From Chiloscyllium plagiosum (taxonomy: Eukaryota), in the NCBI RefSeq assembly GCF_004010195.1, contig NC_057758.1, positions 4,766,043 through 4,828,042 of the forward strand: a DNA stretch of 62,000 bases, given 5' to 3'. Under the pieces are notes generated by a model. It was given only the letters and a program-made list of their open reading frames with translations, was not told where the DNA came from and ran no database searches. The number at the start of each line of letters is the position of its first letter. Position 1 is the stretch's first letter. Positions 36,995-50,170 of this stretch are shown here, piece by piece. The translations under genes were made by a program, and so were the position numbers.

Positions 36995-38968
36995 TCGCAG
37001 TGCATCAGTGCTCGATGTTGTGCTGATCTATGGAACCAATCTGGAACCTATCTATACAACACTTTTCCATCTTAATCCAAATATTTATCCAATGATCATA
37101 TAAAGGCCCTTAAAGTTGTTGAGTCCTCTACTGTTGCTGGCCGTTCCTTCCACGCCCGACTACTCTCTGAGCAAAGAAACCACCTCTGATATCTGTGCTG
37201 TATCTATCATCCCACAATTTATGTCCCCTCATACTAACCATCACTATCCGAGGAAAAAGGCTTTCACTGTCCACACTCTCAAACCCTCTGATATCGTATA
37301 TGTCTGAATTAAGTCACCTCTCAAATTTCTTCTGTCTAACGAAAATAGCCTCAAGTCGTCAGACACTCGTCATAAGATGAGTGCTCCATACCATGCAACA
37401 TCCTAATGAATTTCCTCTGAACCCTTGCCAAAACTTCCACATCATTCCTATAATGTGGGGACCAGAACTGCACGCAATGCTCCATGTGCGTTCACATCAG
37501 AGTTTTGTACAGCTGCAGCATGACCTCGTGGCTTCGAAACTCAATCCTTCTACCAATGAAAGCTAACAGACCGAGTACCTTGTTAACCACCCTGTCAAAC
37601 TGGGTGGCAACTTTCAAACAACCATCTACATAGACACCAAGTTATCTCTGCACGATCAAGAATCTTACCATTAGCGCAGTACTCTTTAATCCTGTTGCTC
37701 CTTGCAAAGTGAATCACCTCACACTTTTCCGCATTAACCTCAATTCGCCACCTCTCAGCCAAGAACTGCAGCTTATCTATGTCTGCCCCTCATCTAGATC
37801 AATTAAAAAAATGACAAACAGTAATCTACTAAAACAGATCCTTATGGTAGACCATTACCAACAGAACTCTATGATTAACATTTACCATCAAACATCACTC
37901 TCTGTCTCCTTTCATCTCGCCAATTTCTGATCCATACGACTAAATCACTCACAATCCCATGACTCCGTAGTTTGTGCAATAGCCTACTTTGGGGAAATTT
38001 GTTTAACACCTTACTGAAATCCATGTACACCAAATCAACAGCTCTACCTCATCCACTTGTTCTGTCACCATCTGGAGGAACTCCATAGAGTTTGTGAGGC
38101 AGGACGGATGCTTCACAATTCCGTATAGGCTATCCCAATTCAACTTCCCACAGGGGTCCAGGATACACCTGATCAGGTCCTGGGTAGTTATCCACGCTTA
38201 TGCATTTCAAGGCATCCAGCACTTCCTCCTCCATAATATGCGCACTCTTCAAGGTGTCACCATCTATTTCCCCGCGTTCTATACCTTCCATGTCCTTTTC
38301 CACAGAAAATGTTGATGCAAAATGCTCGTTTAGTATCTCCCCCAACCCCTACGGCTCCACACAACATCCGCCTTGCTGATCTTTGATGGGCCCTAATCTC
38401 TCCCTCGTAACCGTTTTGTCCTTAATGTATTTGTAACAACCCTTTGTATTCTCCTAACTCTATTTGCCAAAGATCGATTTATTGAGTCATCCAGCATTCC
38501 CTTTTCCTACCAGCCTTTCCTTTCATGAAAACGGGAATGCACATTCTGTGGACTCTCGTTATCTCATTTATGAAGGCTACCCATTTTCCAGTTGTCACTT
38601 TACATGCAAAAATCTGCCCCCAATTAGCTTTTAAAGTTCTTGCCTAATACTGTTACAATTGCCCTTTATTCAATTTCGAACTTCAATTTTTAGACCTGGT
38701 CCATCCTTTTCCATCAGTATCTTAAAACTATTAGAATTAAGGTCGCTGGCCCAAAAGTGCTGCCCACTGACAACTCAGTCACCTGCCCTGCCTTATGTCA
38801 CACGTTTTGCATCTTTTGCGGTTCGCACAGCCACACACTGATTCAGAAAACCTTCCTGCACACGTTTAACAAATTCGTCTACATCTAAACCCTAACACTA
38901 TGACAGTCCCAGTCTATGTTTGGAAATTTAATATCGCCTCCCAGAACTGCCCTATTATTCTTACAGAT
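36995..38968 (-). mobile_element. Degraded CR1-clade LINE(s)
   Basis: MGEILNEHFASTFS, PGPDQVYP and VYMDFSKVLN remnants plus a 3' tail near 37000; homologous to 1-2130. Confidence 0.8.
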
Positions 38969-40279
38969 AATAGACAATAGACAATAGGTGCAGGAGTAGG
39001 CCATTCTGCCCTTCGAGCCTGCGCCACCATTCAATGTGATCATGGCTGATCATCCTTTATCAGTATCCTGTTCCTGCCTTATCTCCATAACCCTTGATTC
39101 CACTATCCTTGAGAGCTCTATCCAACTCTTTCTTAAATGAATCCAGAGACTGGGCCTCCACTACCCTCTGGGGAAGAGCATTCCACACAGCCACCACTCT
39201 CTGGGTGAAGAACTTTCTCCTNNNNNNNNNNNNNNNNNNNNNNNNNNNNNNNNNNNNNNNNNNNNNNNNNNNNNNNNNNNNNNNNNNNNNNNNNTATTCA
39301 ATTCCTCTTGTTATGAAGGCCAGCATGCTATTAGCCTTCTTTACTACCTGCTGTACCTGCATGCTTGCCTTTATTGACTGGTGGACAAGAACACCCAGAT
39401 CTCTCTGTACTGCCCCTTTACCTAAATTGATTCCATTGAGGTAGTAATCTGCCTTCCTGTTCTTGCCACCAAAGTGGATAACCATACATTTATCCACATT
39501 AAACTGCATCTGCCATGCATCTGCCCACTCACTTAACTTGTCCAGGTCATCCTGTAATCTCCTAACATCCTCATCACCTTTCACCCTGCCACCCAGCTTT
39601 GTATCATCAGCAAGTTTGCTAATGTTATTGCAAATACCATCTTCTATATCATTAACATATATTGTAAAAAGCTGCGGTCCCAGCACGGATCCCTGCGGTA
39701 CCCCACTGGTCACTGCCTGCCATTCCAAAATGGAGCCGTTGATCACTACTCTTTGTTTCCTATCAGCCAACCAACTTTCAATCCAAGTTAGTACTTTGCC
39801 CCCAATACCATGCGCCCTAATTTTGCTCAATAACCTCCTATGTGGGACTTTATCAAAAGCTTTCTGTAGCTACACTACATCTACTGGATCTCCCTCATCC
39901 TCAAATAATTCCAGAAGATTAGTCAAGCATGATTTCCCATTCATAAATCCATGCTAACTCTGACCTATCCTGTTACTTCTACCCAGATGTGTCGTAATTT
40001 CATCCTTTATAATCGACTCCAGCATCTTTCCCACCACTGAGGTCAGACTAATTGTACTATAATTTCCTGCATTCTCTCTCCCACCTTTCTTAAAAAGTGG
40101 TATAACATTAGCCACCCTCCAATCCGCAAGAACTGATCCCGAATCTATCGAACTCTGGAAAATAATCACCAACGCATCCACGATTTATCGATCCACCTCC
40201 TTCAGTACCCTGGGATGTAGACCATCATGCCCCGGGGACTTATCAACCTTCAGACATAACAGTCTCTCCAACACCAATT
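38969..40279 (-). mobile_element. Relatively young CR1-clade LINE RT fragment containing an assembly gap (73 N at 39222-39294)
   Basis: ORFs 39954-40181 and 39060-39830 (GVPQGSVLGP, KLADDTK, FFTQRVV); short ATTGTCT repeat tail at ~38970-38990. Confidence 0.92.
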
Positions 40280-43200
40280 TATTGGTACTGTTAGTTCAGA
40301 CTACACTGGTAGGGAGAGATAGTGAGGTACTTGTCGCACTTTCAGATGAGGTGCCATGAGATTATGAAGATATTAAACAGGCTATTTTAAGTTCTGATGA
40401 ATTGGTAGCAGAAGCAGATAGACAGAGGTTCAGAGACACAAATAAGGAAACAGATCTGACTTATGTCGAGTTTGAAAGAGTTAAACATAATCGTTTTTTT
40501 GGATGGTTGCATGCTTTAAAAACTGATCAGGTTTCAGCGGGTCTAATAGAGATTATTTTGCTGTCGGAGTTTAAAAACTCACTACTGGTGATTGTAAAAA
40601 TTCATGTGGAGGGACAGAAAATTCAGGAAGTGAGAAGGGCAGCTGGATTCGCAGATGAGTACATGTTGGTGCTTAAGACAACTTTCTGGTTAGAATGTCT
40701 TCTTGTGAGGGATAAAAGTTGGAAGAAGGGGAGACCTACACTACTAAACCAAGAGTAGAGAGCACTGGAAATAAATTACCACAGGATATAACACCAGCCC
40801 ATGAGGGTGCAAAGGAGGTGAAAGGTCTCAAGTGTTTCCACTGTTGTAAAGTGGGGCATGTAAAATCACAGTGCTGGTCATTAAACAATGGCGCTGTCCG
40901 AAAAGATGTGATAAAATAAGCTAAGCCAGTGAAGATAGTAGAGGAGACCACAAGAAGAGCCAAGGAGCTGCAGGAGAGTGCACAGTCGAGACAGGGTCTG
41001 GGTCTTGAGTTAGTACCTGCTCTCTACAAAGAGTTCTCCTTTGAGGGACATTTTACGCAGAAAGAACAGGGAGAGAAGGAAAATAAGTTATAATTTTGAG
41101 AGATACAGGATCTGACTTGTCGCAGATACTAAGAAATGAATGGATAGGCATTCTTTCTGATCTGTTACCCCAAAATGTACTAATTTGGGGGATAGATGAC
41201 CAGAAATTTTGCATTCCTCCATATACAGTCAGGTCGGAGTGCCAAGTTAAGAGAGGGGAATTTACGTTGCGTGTGATTGATAGAGTGTCATTTCCAGGAT
41301 TTCTGTGTGTGCTTGCGAAGGATTTGGCAGGATGCAAGGTGGGAGTGATACACCTTATTGTGGAGAAGCCTAAGAAACTGAAGAGTTAAAACAGAAATAT
41401 CCTGGCGTTTTTCCAGACTGTATGGTAACAGGAACGCACCATCATAAGTCACAGCGCGAAGCAAAAAGTAAAGAGATAGTTGAAAGTGTTGAGGTTCAGT
41501 TAATGGATACCCTGTTTGAAGTAATGGTGCCCAAAAGCCCTCAGCAGGCAAAGGGTCAGACAGGAGTGCTTCATCCTGAACGGCTAAGGGACTTGCCTTT
41601 TATTGACTTCTTTAGTCAATAAAATAACAAAAGATATGAGTGGATGTGTACTCTGAAAAGGTGGCAGGGAATCTTCCGGAGGATTATAATCTGAAAGATC
41701 GAATCCTAAGGCGGAAATGGAGAGCTCGGCAGGTTAGTGCAGAGGAGAAGTCGCGCAAAGTGCACCAGATTGTGTTGGCAGTAGCTACAGGCAGGAGGTG
41801 TTACGAGTAGCACATGAACTCCCTGTAAGAGGTCACGTGGGTTCACGAAAGACTCAGACCAAGTTACAAAAGCATTTTTGTCGGCCTTGAAAGCACAAGG
41901 ATCTGGGTAGTTTCTATCAAAAGTGTCATACATGCCAAATGGTAGGTCAGCCACAGTCGGTAATAAAACCAGTGCCATTTCCCACACTTGAAAAACCTTT
42001 CAGGTGGGTTATGATTCATTATGGCTCTCCCCTCCCGACAACTAAAAGTGTGTGCCAGTGTTTGTTAACCATAATGGATGTGTCTACCAGATTTCAAGTT
42101 ATGGAAGTTCAATGGAAAGGGGTTAGTAGCTTTTTTTTCACGCTGTATGGACGACCCAGAGAGATTCAGTTGGACCAAGATTCAAATTTTACTGTAAGGT
42201 CTTTTAAGGAGATTATGGATGGTTGAGATATACCGTACATTAAATCTAGTGCATATCACACTGAATCCCAGATAGCTTAAGAAAGGTGACATCAGACCTT
42301 GAGAGCATACTATCAGGACGATCCGAATGGTTGGGATAAAGGTACCCCTTTCCTATTGCTTGCCATTAGAGATGCCCAAAATGAATCAACTCAGTTTACT
42401 CCCTTTGAGTTAACATTCGGGCATGTAATGACAGTCCTTTTGAAATTACTTAAAGAATAATCGACAGGACCAAAGCCGGAGATCTCACACCTATATCATG
42501 TATCGGAAGTGAGTGAGAGAGTAAATAGAGTAGGTGAATTAGCTAGGCAATACATAAAGAGGGCACAGTATAGAATGATGCAGGGGCAGATCAAAGCTCT
42601 GAAACTTGGACGTTTACCCGAGGGTATAATGTGATAGTATTTTTCCCATTGGTATGAGATTCCTTCAAAGCCAGGTTAAGTGGTCCCCATCAAATTCAGC
42701 AAAAAAAAAAAGAGTCAGGTAAAGTAATTAGCAAAAATGCCAGATTGAAAATAAATTCAGTTTGTCATGTGAACATGTTGAAACGGTATTATCCTGGAGA
42801 GAATGCATTGAATAAACAGGTGTTAGTTACTGCCTCGCAGAATGAGGAATCAAGTTTAGATGATATAGATTTTGAGGTGCCTCAAAATAGATTTAAAAAG
42901 ATAAGCCTTTGATGCCTGGGATAGGTTAGTAAACTATTTGTCTCAGGAGCATGGAACGCAGTTGAAAGATTTGTTACTGCAGTAAAGGACGTGTATAAGA
43001 ATCAGATAGGGAGGACTAATGCTATTGTCCATGAAGTAGACGTAGGGAACACTGCTCTGATAAAATAACAGCTTTATCGGCTTAATCCTTTCAAAGCCAG
43101 ACCGTTCCAGATGGAGGTGAAGGGCATCCTCAAAGAGGACATCATCGAAACAAGTCAAAGCGAGTGGAGTTCGCTGATCATCTTCGTTCCTGAACCGGAC

Positions 43201-43610
43201 TGGACTCAATGATTCTGCGTGGATTACTGGAAGGTCAATGCCGTTACAAAATCGGACTCCTCTCCAGTTTATTGATTGGAGGACTGTATCAAGAAAATCG
43301 GACATGCGGGTTCCATAACCAAGTTGGAAATAATGCGAGGTTATTGGCAGGTTTCTTCATCAGAGATGGCGAAAGAAACTTTTGTGTTTGTAACCCCAAA
43401 TTGGTGATATCAGTTTAAAGTGATGCCCTTCGGAATGAAGAATGCTCCCGCACATTCCAAAGGCTCATGTACAGAGTTGTGACTGGGGTAACAGGCTATT
43501 CAGTTTATTTGGACGAGGTAGTGATGTTTTCTAAGTCCTGGAATGATCACACGGTACAGTTGGCTGAACTCTTTCAACGGCTACGAGAAGCAAACTGGTG
43601 ATGTTCTTGC
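40280..43610 (+). mobile_element. Decayed Ty3/Gypsy LTR retrotransposon of Gmr1 type (gag, protease, integrase, RT order)
   Basis: Gag ELVAEADRQRFR...IILLSEFKNSL (40402-40758); zinc knuckle CFHCCKVGHVKSQC (40833-40874); protease LRDTGS (~41100); integrase AHE..GH..CHTCQ (41810-41940), DQDSNF (~42175) and GPHQI (~42680); RT YRLNP (43075), RFCVDYWKVN-like segment, VMPFGMKNAP and YLDEV (~43510). Confidence 0.88.
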
Positions 43611-44065
43611 AAAGATGGTAACAGACACTACTTTTGGATAACAGGCTGAAACCTAGGCACCAGGACACATGGAACATCAACTCGTCACAGAAAGTCATGA
43701 CCAACTCTCACTGATATCCTTACGTACGGTTGAGGAAGTACACCATTTCGAATGTGACATTTCAAACGGAACTCTATAAAAAAAAAACACATTGTCTTGA
43801 ATACCATTTACCACTCCCTCACAAAAAGAAGCGGAGATGACATCACCAAAGGAAATAACGTCGCCACACAAAATGGCATCACCAATCCAAGGAAACACAA
43901 ACATATAAATAGAAAGTGGGCTACACCACTAGTGCTTCATCCGGAGGCTCACTGAAGATGGTTCCTAGTATGGTGACGAAGCGTTTGAAAATGAACCTTC
44001 CAGCTCAGCGAGTAAACCTTTATCCAGAACCTCAACCTCAGCTACAAGTGTTCTCAATACTCTCT
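43610..44065 (+). mobile_element. Penelope-like 3' remnant interrupting the Gypsy element
   Basis: EHQLVTESHDQLSLISLRTVEEVHHFE at ~43670-43750; degenerate CTGAAGA...GACGAA hammerhead-like stretch at ~43950-43980; similar to the 2400-2760 remnant. Confidence 0.7.
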
Positions 44066-44680
44066 AATATAATGTAACATTTTGGTCCTGCAACTAGTGT
44101 AGGTTGGTGACTGGAAACGAAAAAAAAAAACAGATTCAAGTTACACTAATCTGCTTAAATTATACCCCGCAAAATATCAAGCACCAATCCAGTTTGATTT
44201 TACTATACTGACAATTCCAAAAGCCCATGACACAATCTGATGTTTTGGGGGATAAGAGTGGCGAAAATTGGACAGTTGAGAGGAGAGCTGCCAAGTCACC
44301 AGCATGTTAAAAAGACTGCCCAGAAATACCTCTCTCAAACGTACTTTTATGGATCAGGAACCTGTGAAGCTGAAATCCTGAAGAAGAATAAAAGAAGATT
44401 CAAAATCCGCTTGGCGTTTTAAAAAGTCAAATTTTGGTAAATCTTAATCAGGGGTGGGGGGGGTAGGGTGTCGGTATTTTGGATGGAAGTTAGAAGATAC
44501 GTTAGATTTAGGACCTGTGAATTGTTTTCAGTTAATTATTCTCTGTTATTCATTAAGAAACGAAGTTGTTAATTTTTGCTTTAACAAACACTTCGCTTTT
44601 ACAGATTACTATGTGGGATACATCTTTTCTGTGTCGCTGGTTTTAACTTAAGCAGGAGAGTTGCCCCCGTGTCGCAGCTC
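44066..44680 (+). mobile_element. Possible 3' end or LTR of the Gypsy element
   Basis: Non-coding segment directly after the pol remnant, with AATAAA near 44387. No partner LTR is visible, so the call is positional only. Confidence 0.35.
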
Positions 44681-44699
44681 CATGTTAAAGTGTTTACAA

Positions 44700-45040
44700 T
44701 TAGAATTAGAACCCCTACAATGTGGAAATACGCCATTTGGCCCAACAAGTCCTCACCGACCTCCAAAGTGTAGCCCTCCCAGAGCCATTGATCTCCATTT
44801 AACCCATGACTAATGCACCCAATCTACACATGCCCGAACACTGTGCACAATTTAGAACAGCCAATTCACCTAAACTGACATCTTTGGATTGGGGACGAAA
44901 CCGGAGCACCCACAGGAAACCCGCACATGCGCGTTGATTACGTGCAAAATCCATTCTAATAGTTGCTCGAAGCTGGAATCCAACCTTGGTACCTGGCGTT
45001 GTGCGGCAGCAGTGCTAACCACTGGGCCACCATGCTCCCC
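44700..45040 (-). mobile_element. Older diverged HE1-related SINE
   Basis: Degenerate core (ACCGGAGCACCCACAGGAAACC) and head (GCAGCAGTGCTAACCACTG); similar old copies at ~5200-5370 and ~49200-49520. Confidence 0.75.
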
Positions 45041-45443
45041 ATGTTGGGCAGCAGCTTTCATCATCTTTCAATCATGGTGCTTAATCTTGGTCTGCGCCTG
45101 CCCGCTGAATGCACAGTAAGATGAGGAAGTCACTCGAGATTATTCTAAATGACCAGGCATTAAACGTGTAGCTGACCAGCTTCTGGCTGACTCCTGTCAT
45201 TGAAATGTTAGTGGAGGTGTTCCTTCAAACGTATTCATCTAAATATCTATTCCAACAACGCAAGGTAAGGAGATTTGTGTGGCCGTGCTCTGTGCGATGT
45301 TGGCCAGAGTCAGTTGGGTGTGTAGTACATATGAAATTCATTGTTTGAGAGAGAACAAGTATAGAGGATATCAGTGCAAATGTGAAAAAAAAAAGTGATT
45401 CAGGAAATCGGCAAAGAGCAAGACTGAGGGACTTTTCTCGGAG

Positions 45444-45755
45444 AGATTAGATTACTTACAGTGTGGAAACAGGCCCTTCGGCCCAACAAGTCCACACCGA
45501 CCCGCCGAAGCGCAACCCACCCATACCCCTACATTTACCCCTTTAACCTAACACTACGGGCAATTTAGCATGGCCAATTCACCTGACCTGCACATCTTTG
45601 GACTGTGGGAGGAAACCGGAGCACCCGGAGGAAACCCACGCAGACACGGGGAGAACGTGCAAACTCCACACAGTCAGTCGCCTGAGTCGGGAATTGAACC
45701 CGGGTCTCTGGCGCTGTGAGGCAGCAGTGCTAACCACTGTGCCACCGTGCCGCCC
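45444..45755 (-). mobile_element. Full-length HE1-type SINE
   Basis: Near-identical to the copy at 27031-27340. Confidence 0.95.
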
Positions 45756-46467
45756 ATCAGATGCGATGATGTGCTTCAGAAAATTAAAATAAAGTCATTG
45801 CCAGGTACAATGGCAATATAGATCAACGCGCACAGGAATGATAAATGAATGGGATTTTGGTGTGAGTTCGGAGATGAGCAATGGAGTTTCCTCTCAGATT
45901 TGCTTCCGCAGGTATGAAGTCAGTCGTGTCAGCAAAACATTATTGATATCATCAAGAATTTATTTCATAGCTCAACCTTCAAATCGCAGATGGTAAGAGC
46001 TCGTGGAGTAACATTTCGGAGGTGGTAGTAGCTGAAATACAGAATGATCAGCATATGGGGTCAGGAATAAACTCACGGTCAAAAGAATCACCACATCAGT
46101 TTCACCCTCACTTATTGACCAGGGATAGGATGGAGTCAGAGAAAGCGATTGGAGGTTATAACCAGCGCTGAAGACCGTGACCTCCAAGTTACCATTTTTT
46201 TTTTCAAATGACAATGGCAGTGATTAAATGAAGTGTGGCCCACAGCTGGATCTGAGTTTGTCAACAGAGAGACAGATAACAGAAAGTGACAGAAGGAAAG
46301 AGGGAGAGACTGAACGAATAATTTCATGGTTGCAGTTAGTCGTGTTTTGGAGAGCGAATATCTGGTTTCAGCGTCTCAAACTGAATGCTAACAACGGCAA
46401 GAAATGTAGAAAAATGAAAAGAATAATAATACATTTATACAAATAAAAACTGTACGGTGAGTCAGAG

Positions 46468-46629
46468 CAGGTACACCAAAGATATCAGCATAAGATAATG
46501 GAAATATTGAATAATGCAAAGGGTATAGTGGATCCACCATGATCATGACCATAGAGCATACTATGCAAAGTGATACCAAACATTCCAGTGTAAGGTCCTG
46601 TCCATTGTTGGAACATGGCTGTCTAACAT
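46468..46629 (-). pseudogene. Second GPR139-like GPCR exon-1 remnant (paralogue of 30434-30592)
   Basis: MLDSHVPTMDRTLHWNVWYHFA*YALWS*SWWIHYTLCIIQYFHYLML, frameshift, IFGVP; two stops and no donor. Shares CCAACAATG and TTATTCAATATT with the 30.5-kb copy. Confidence 0.7.
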
Positions 46630-47689
46630 TCAAGATTCTGATTTCTCCTTCTTTTCTCTCTGGACCTTCTGATAACTGTTAGTGTTGTAGGTGATGCCCC
46701 GACTCATACTATGGGATAACACATTATTTGGAGCTTATTTAGCAATAAGAATGAAAATCTTCCACTCGGATAATTAAAATCCATTAGAAAGCATAATTAT
46801 GTCAGCAACGAACAGTTTTAGGTAACCCAGCTCTCACATGATTATTTATATTACAATGAAAGGAAATAATTACTCAGTTTGCATGAAATGGATGAGCGCT
46901 GCTGTAAGATTTACCAACGATAATCCAATCTTCCTCCCTTGTCTGTGTGAGTACTGTCAGCACACTGCAGAGTTGCAGATGTCCACGCCCACCCCACCTT
47001 TCTCTGTTCATGTAAGAAGGCAGTAATTAAATAACAGGCCAACGTCATAAGAAGACTGCTGGGGAAATTTCTCGAGACTATAAACGAGAGTAACAGTATA
47101 TATTGCCCAATGACTTTGCATAATGCTGCTCCGAGTTTTAAGTGCCCTGTTATCGAAGTCTTTCATAACCCTGAGACATCATTCACAGCATTGAAACTGC
47201 TGCTCAGGAAAAGGGGGAAGCAAATCTGTCCTCATGTGCCTGTTCCAGAAGGATAGGAGGAGGGTTTTCAGCCAACACAGGACTGTTTCCACTTGAAGAG
47301 ATGGAAAGCTGAAACGTTGCCACATTTTGCAAAGGGCCTCATTCAAGAAATAGAGAACTGTCACTGTAGCTTTACAAAGTGTTACTGAAAGGACACCTGG
47401 AGTGCATTGTGTTCTTTGAATTTCTGTAACTGAGAAGGAAGAAACCTCCATCAGAAACAGTTTACTGGCTGATCATAATCCACGTCTGGCAGTCTCATTT
47501 AATGTTTGGAGCCTGTTTCAGAGGCCAGGATGACGCTATTCAGTCTTCAATCCTGTGAAACAGAGAAAGGACGGGGCCATTAAGCCTCTCGATTGCGTTA
47601 TACGTGGATCAGAAAATGCCATTCATCCTCTGGAGCCTCTTACGCATGGACATAAGGAAGCTTTTGAGTTTTTCGAGTCTGCTACACAG

Positions 47690-49190
47690 GAACAATTAGA
47701 TGTAACATAGTTATGGAAAAGGATAAACCTGATCTAAACGTTGACGTTCTAAATTGGAGTAAGTCCAATTCTGGGCGCATCCGGCATGGACTTTGAAAAG
47801 CTGATTAAAAGAGGTCATTCGCAGATAAAGGGACCTTTGTAAGTATGAAACGCTCAAAAATAATATAACGACAATCCAAAGACAGTTTGTTGTGGTCATG
47901 CAGAAGGACAAGAATGGTAAGTATCAGGAACGCTGAATAAATCTAGAAGCTGAGACTTATGTCAAGTGAAAGCAGGAAATATATGACATGTATACACATC
48001 TAGGATCAAGTGATTCCCCAGAGAAGTATAAAGGCATTAGGACTATAATCAAAAGTGCAAGAGGGGGCATGAGATAACTTTGCCAAAATTTGAAGATATT
48101 CTACGAATACATAAAGAACAAAGGATAACTAGGCGGAGAATAGAGGCCCTCAAAATCAACAAAGCCGTCTATGTGTAGAACCACTGGAGATGGATGAGAT
48201 ACTAAACAAGTATTTTGTGTCTGTATTTACTTTGAAGAAAGATTTGGAATGTAGAGAACTTGGAAAAGTAAGTCGTGATGTCTTCACAAGTCCCCATATT
48301 ACAGAGTAGGAAGTGCTGGATGTCTGAAAAAGCACAAAGATTGGTAAATCTCTGGGAGCAAATCAGCTGTATACTGGAACTCTCTGAGAAGCTGAAGAAG
48401 TGATTGTTGGCACCTTGCTGGTATATTTGTACCATCGATGGCCAAGGGTGAGATGTTGGAAGACTGAAGGGTGGCTGATATGGTCATTAATAAATGTATC
48501 AGGAGAACGCCAGGCAACAGAGACCAGTGAGCTTGTCGTCAGTGACAGGCAAGCCATTGGAGAGGATTCCAAAGAATTGGATATTTTATGTTTTTGGAAA
48601 GGCAAGGACGGATTAGTGATTGCCAACATGGTTTTGTCCATGGGACATCATGTCTCACCATCTCTGTTGGTTTTTTTTTGAAGAAGGGACAAATAAAATT
48701 GATAAAGGCAGAGTGCTGGACACGATCTGCAAAGAGTTCAGCAGGGTTTCGACAAGTTTGCTTATGTTAGACTGGTTAGCATAGTTAGATCACATGGAAT
48801 GCGGAGATAACTCGCCATTTGGATACAGAACTGACTTGATGGTTGGAGACAGGGTGTTTTGGTGGAGAGTTGTTTTTCAGACTGAAAGCCTGTTAAAAGC
48901 AGTGTGCCGTAAGGATCGGTGCTGACTCCACTGCTTTCATTATTTTTATAAATGGCTTGGATTTGAATGAAGGAGTTATGGCTTGCAAGTTTACAGGCAA
49001 CATCACAAATGGAGGTGTCGTCCACAACGTTGAAGGTTGTCACAGAGTACAAAGGGACCTTCATCAGATGGGAAGAAGATGGACAGATGGAGTTTATTTC
49101 AGATAAATGTGAGTTTTGCATTTTGCTCAGCCAAATCAGGGCTGGCTTTATAGGTCGGAAACTGGTAAGTATTTCCAAAGACATAAACCT
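47690..49190 (+). mobile_element. Degraded CR1-clade LINE ORF2
   Basis: QHGFVHGTSCLT, SVP*GSVLTP and QMEFISDKCE remnants. Confidence 0.8.
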
Positions 49191-49856
49191 TCGTAGAATT
49201 ACGGCAGCGTTGAACCAGGCTATTTGGCCCACTGACTCTCCAAAGAGCATCCAACCTGACACATCCATATCCTGTTTTTGAAACCCTGCAATTCGTCCAG
49301 CTCAACCCGTGATACTGCAGGCACTTAACCACCACCAATCCACCTAAACTGCACATCCTTGGACTCTGTGAGGAAATCAAAGCACCCGGAGAAAACCAGC
49401 GCAGATACGTAAAGAATATGCAAGCTCCACACAAACGATTGCCGAAGAGTGGAATTGAACGCTGATCCTTGATGCTATGAGGCAGCAGTACAAACCATTA
49501 AGCCATCATGCCATCCCCTGGATAATCAGAGACTGACCGCACTCTCCCATTTTCGCTGCAACCTTCACATCGGTTAAATGGTGTTGAATTCCAGTGGAGT
49601 ATCTCTGCAATGACTTCTTTTTGCCTTATCTGAGAATTCCACTCCCTCTCAATCTCTGGTGGAATGGGTGTTTAGCTGTGACTGTCCTATCTCCTGCACT
49701 TGTACCGCTTCCCGTCTTTACCATATCAAGTCGCCTATTGGTCCTGTATGCAAAATGCTTAACCTTCCAAAATAAAGCAAACAGTACAGATGCTGGAGAT
49801 TCGAAACAAAAACTGTTCTGACAAAAAGTCTCCAGATTAACAATGTTATCTCTGCT

Positions 49857-50170
49857 TTAGATTAGATTAGATTACAGTGTGGAAACAGGCCCTTCGGCCC
49901 AACAAGTCCACACCGACCCGCCGAAGCGAAACCCACCCATACCCCTACATTTACCCCTTACCTAACACTACGGGCAATTTAGCATGGCCAATTCACCTGA
50001 CCCTGCACATCTTTGGACTGTGGGAGGAAACCGGAGCACCCGGAGGAAACCCACGCAGACACGGGGAGAACGTGCAGACTCCACACAGTCAGTCGCCTGA
50101 GGCGGGAATTGAACCCGGGTCTCAGGCGCTGTGAGGCAGCAGTGCTAACCACTGTGCCACCGTGCCGCCC
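49857..50170 (-). mobile_element. Full-length HE1-type SINE
   Basis: Reverse complement of the SINE at 10819. Confidence 0.95.

Noticed and set aside
39222..39294. Apparent in-frame internal deletion in the LINE ORF 39060-39830
   Set aside because: It is an N gap; the homologous stretch in ORF 894-2036 is over 100 codons long, so the gap size is probably underestimated.
45780..45900. Olfactory-receptor TM1-like stretch (LSFLCALIYIAIVPGN, minus strand)
   Set aside because: A stop follows soon after, and no LHTPMY or MAYDRY motif is found in register.
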